From assembly GCF_009914755.1 (NCBI RefSeq), contig NC_060933.1: a DNA stretch of 64,000 nucleotides. The stretch is one strand, 5' to 3'. This DNA comes from the human T2T-CHM13v2.0 reference genome, Homo sapiens. The notes under the pieces are model-generated. The model worked only from the letters and a program-made list of their open reading frames with translations. It did no database searches and was not told where the DNA came from. Below are positions 63,096 to 64,000 of the stretch, one piece after another. Each line of letters starts with the position of its first letter. Within the stretch, counting starts at the first letter, position 1. Position numbers and translations under genes: made by a program.

Positions 63096-63389
63096 GCATG
63101 GAGCTAGGTCAGAAATAGCTACAGACTGAGAGTAATCACTGTAAGTAGTGACACAAAGACTAATCTTTGTGCAGTGTGGAAAGTACAGCTGGGTTGTTTC
63201 TTTGATTCCTCCTGCCCCATTGAGCCATACCTACAGAGAGCAGCTGTGAAAAACTATCACTTTCAACAATGAAGAATAGTAATATGTCATAATGGAGATT
63301 ATGAAGTTCAGAAAGGGGTAAATGCAGTTTTGGGGAGGGCTGAGACTAAGAGAGAACACAATAAGACAGGCAATTAAGACTGACATGAA

Positions 63390-63850
63390 AGATCAGTCAC
63401 ATTGATAGGATATACTCTTGATATGATATAATGAGAATGGCAGTTTACCGCTGTGGTTTTCTTTTCCCAAAACCCATAACCACAGCCTAACCATGAGAAA
63501 GACATCAAACAAATCCCAATTTGGGACATTCTGTAGAATACCTAACCCAGTATTCCTTAAAAACAATGAAAGTCAGAGATACTGTCACAGCCAAGAGGAG
63601 CCTAGGGAGACATGACAACTAAGTGTAATGTGGTATCCTGGATAGAATTCTAGAACAGAAAAAAATTAAAAACTAAAGAAATCATGTATGAGCTTCAGTT
63701 AATAAGGTATCAATATTGTTTCATTAATTTTGTCAAATTTACCATACTAATGTAAGATGTCACTATTATAGGGGAAACTGGCTGTGGTGCACATGAGAAC
63801 TCGTTGTACTATCTTCACAATTTTTCTGTAAACCTAAAACTGTTCTAACC
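63390..63850 (+). mobile_element. L1MC-type 3' UTR fragment
   Basis: gccaagaggagcctagggagacatgacaactaagtgtaatgtggtatcctggatagaattctagaacagaaaa. Confidence 0.85.
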
Positions 63851-64000
63851 CTAAACCTAGCCAGTAATGGTGCCTTGGTAATTAAAACACCATGCTGATG
63901 AGTATATGATTTCTAGCTAGCTTTATGAACCCCATGATAGAATTTGGATATGTCAGTCCAAATTTATCACTCTTAGTGGAAAATCAGGGTAGGTTCACTT

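Overview
Human (primate) genomic DNA, identified by dense Alu content and a recognisable coding exon, covering the 5' end of ZCCHC7 (9p13; zinc-knuckle AIR1/2-like RNA-surveillance factor) on the + strand. Layout: ~5.7 kb of repeat-rich upstream sequence with an ERV1-like solo LTR, a CpG-island promoter (E-box, GC boxes, NRF1, ETS), non-coding exon 1 (ends 6365), intron 1, the 631-nt first coding exon 2 (12045-12675; 203 codons + 1 nt), then ~51 kb of the very long intron 2, which runs off the window. The zinc-knuckle exons are not in the window. The intron holds roughly 45 Alu pieces, old L1/L2/MIR, several DNA transposons, a Y3 RNA retrocopy and an 18-unit 33-bp minisatellite. Most interesting: (1) exon 2 is set up for back-splicing by inverted flanking Alus, and the circle would encode a 216-aa protein carrying all the SIM-like motifs plus a unique tail; (2) strong AG|GT recursive-splice-type sites and a candidate poison exon in intron 2; (3) a Y3-AluJ chimeric retrotranscript inside one TSD; (4) a polarised 33-bp VNTR that is an array of TEAD/RCGTG motifs and is open in 4 of 6 frames; (5) a 14-kb Alu-free zone; (6) recalled paralogy of the promoter and an intron block to the neighbouring EBLN3P locus. 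Repeat subfamilies and boundaries were called by eye and are approximate; no searches were run.
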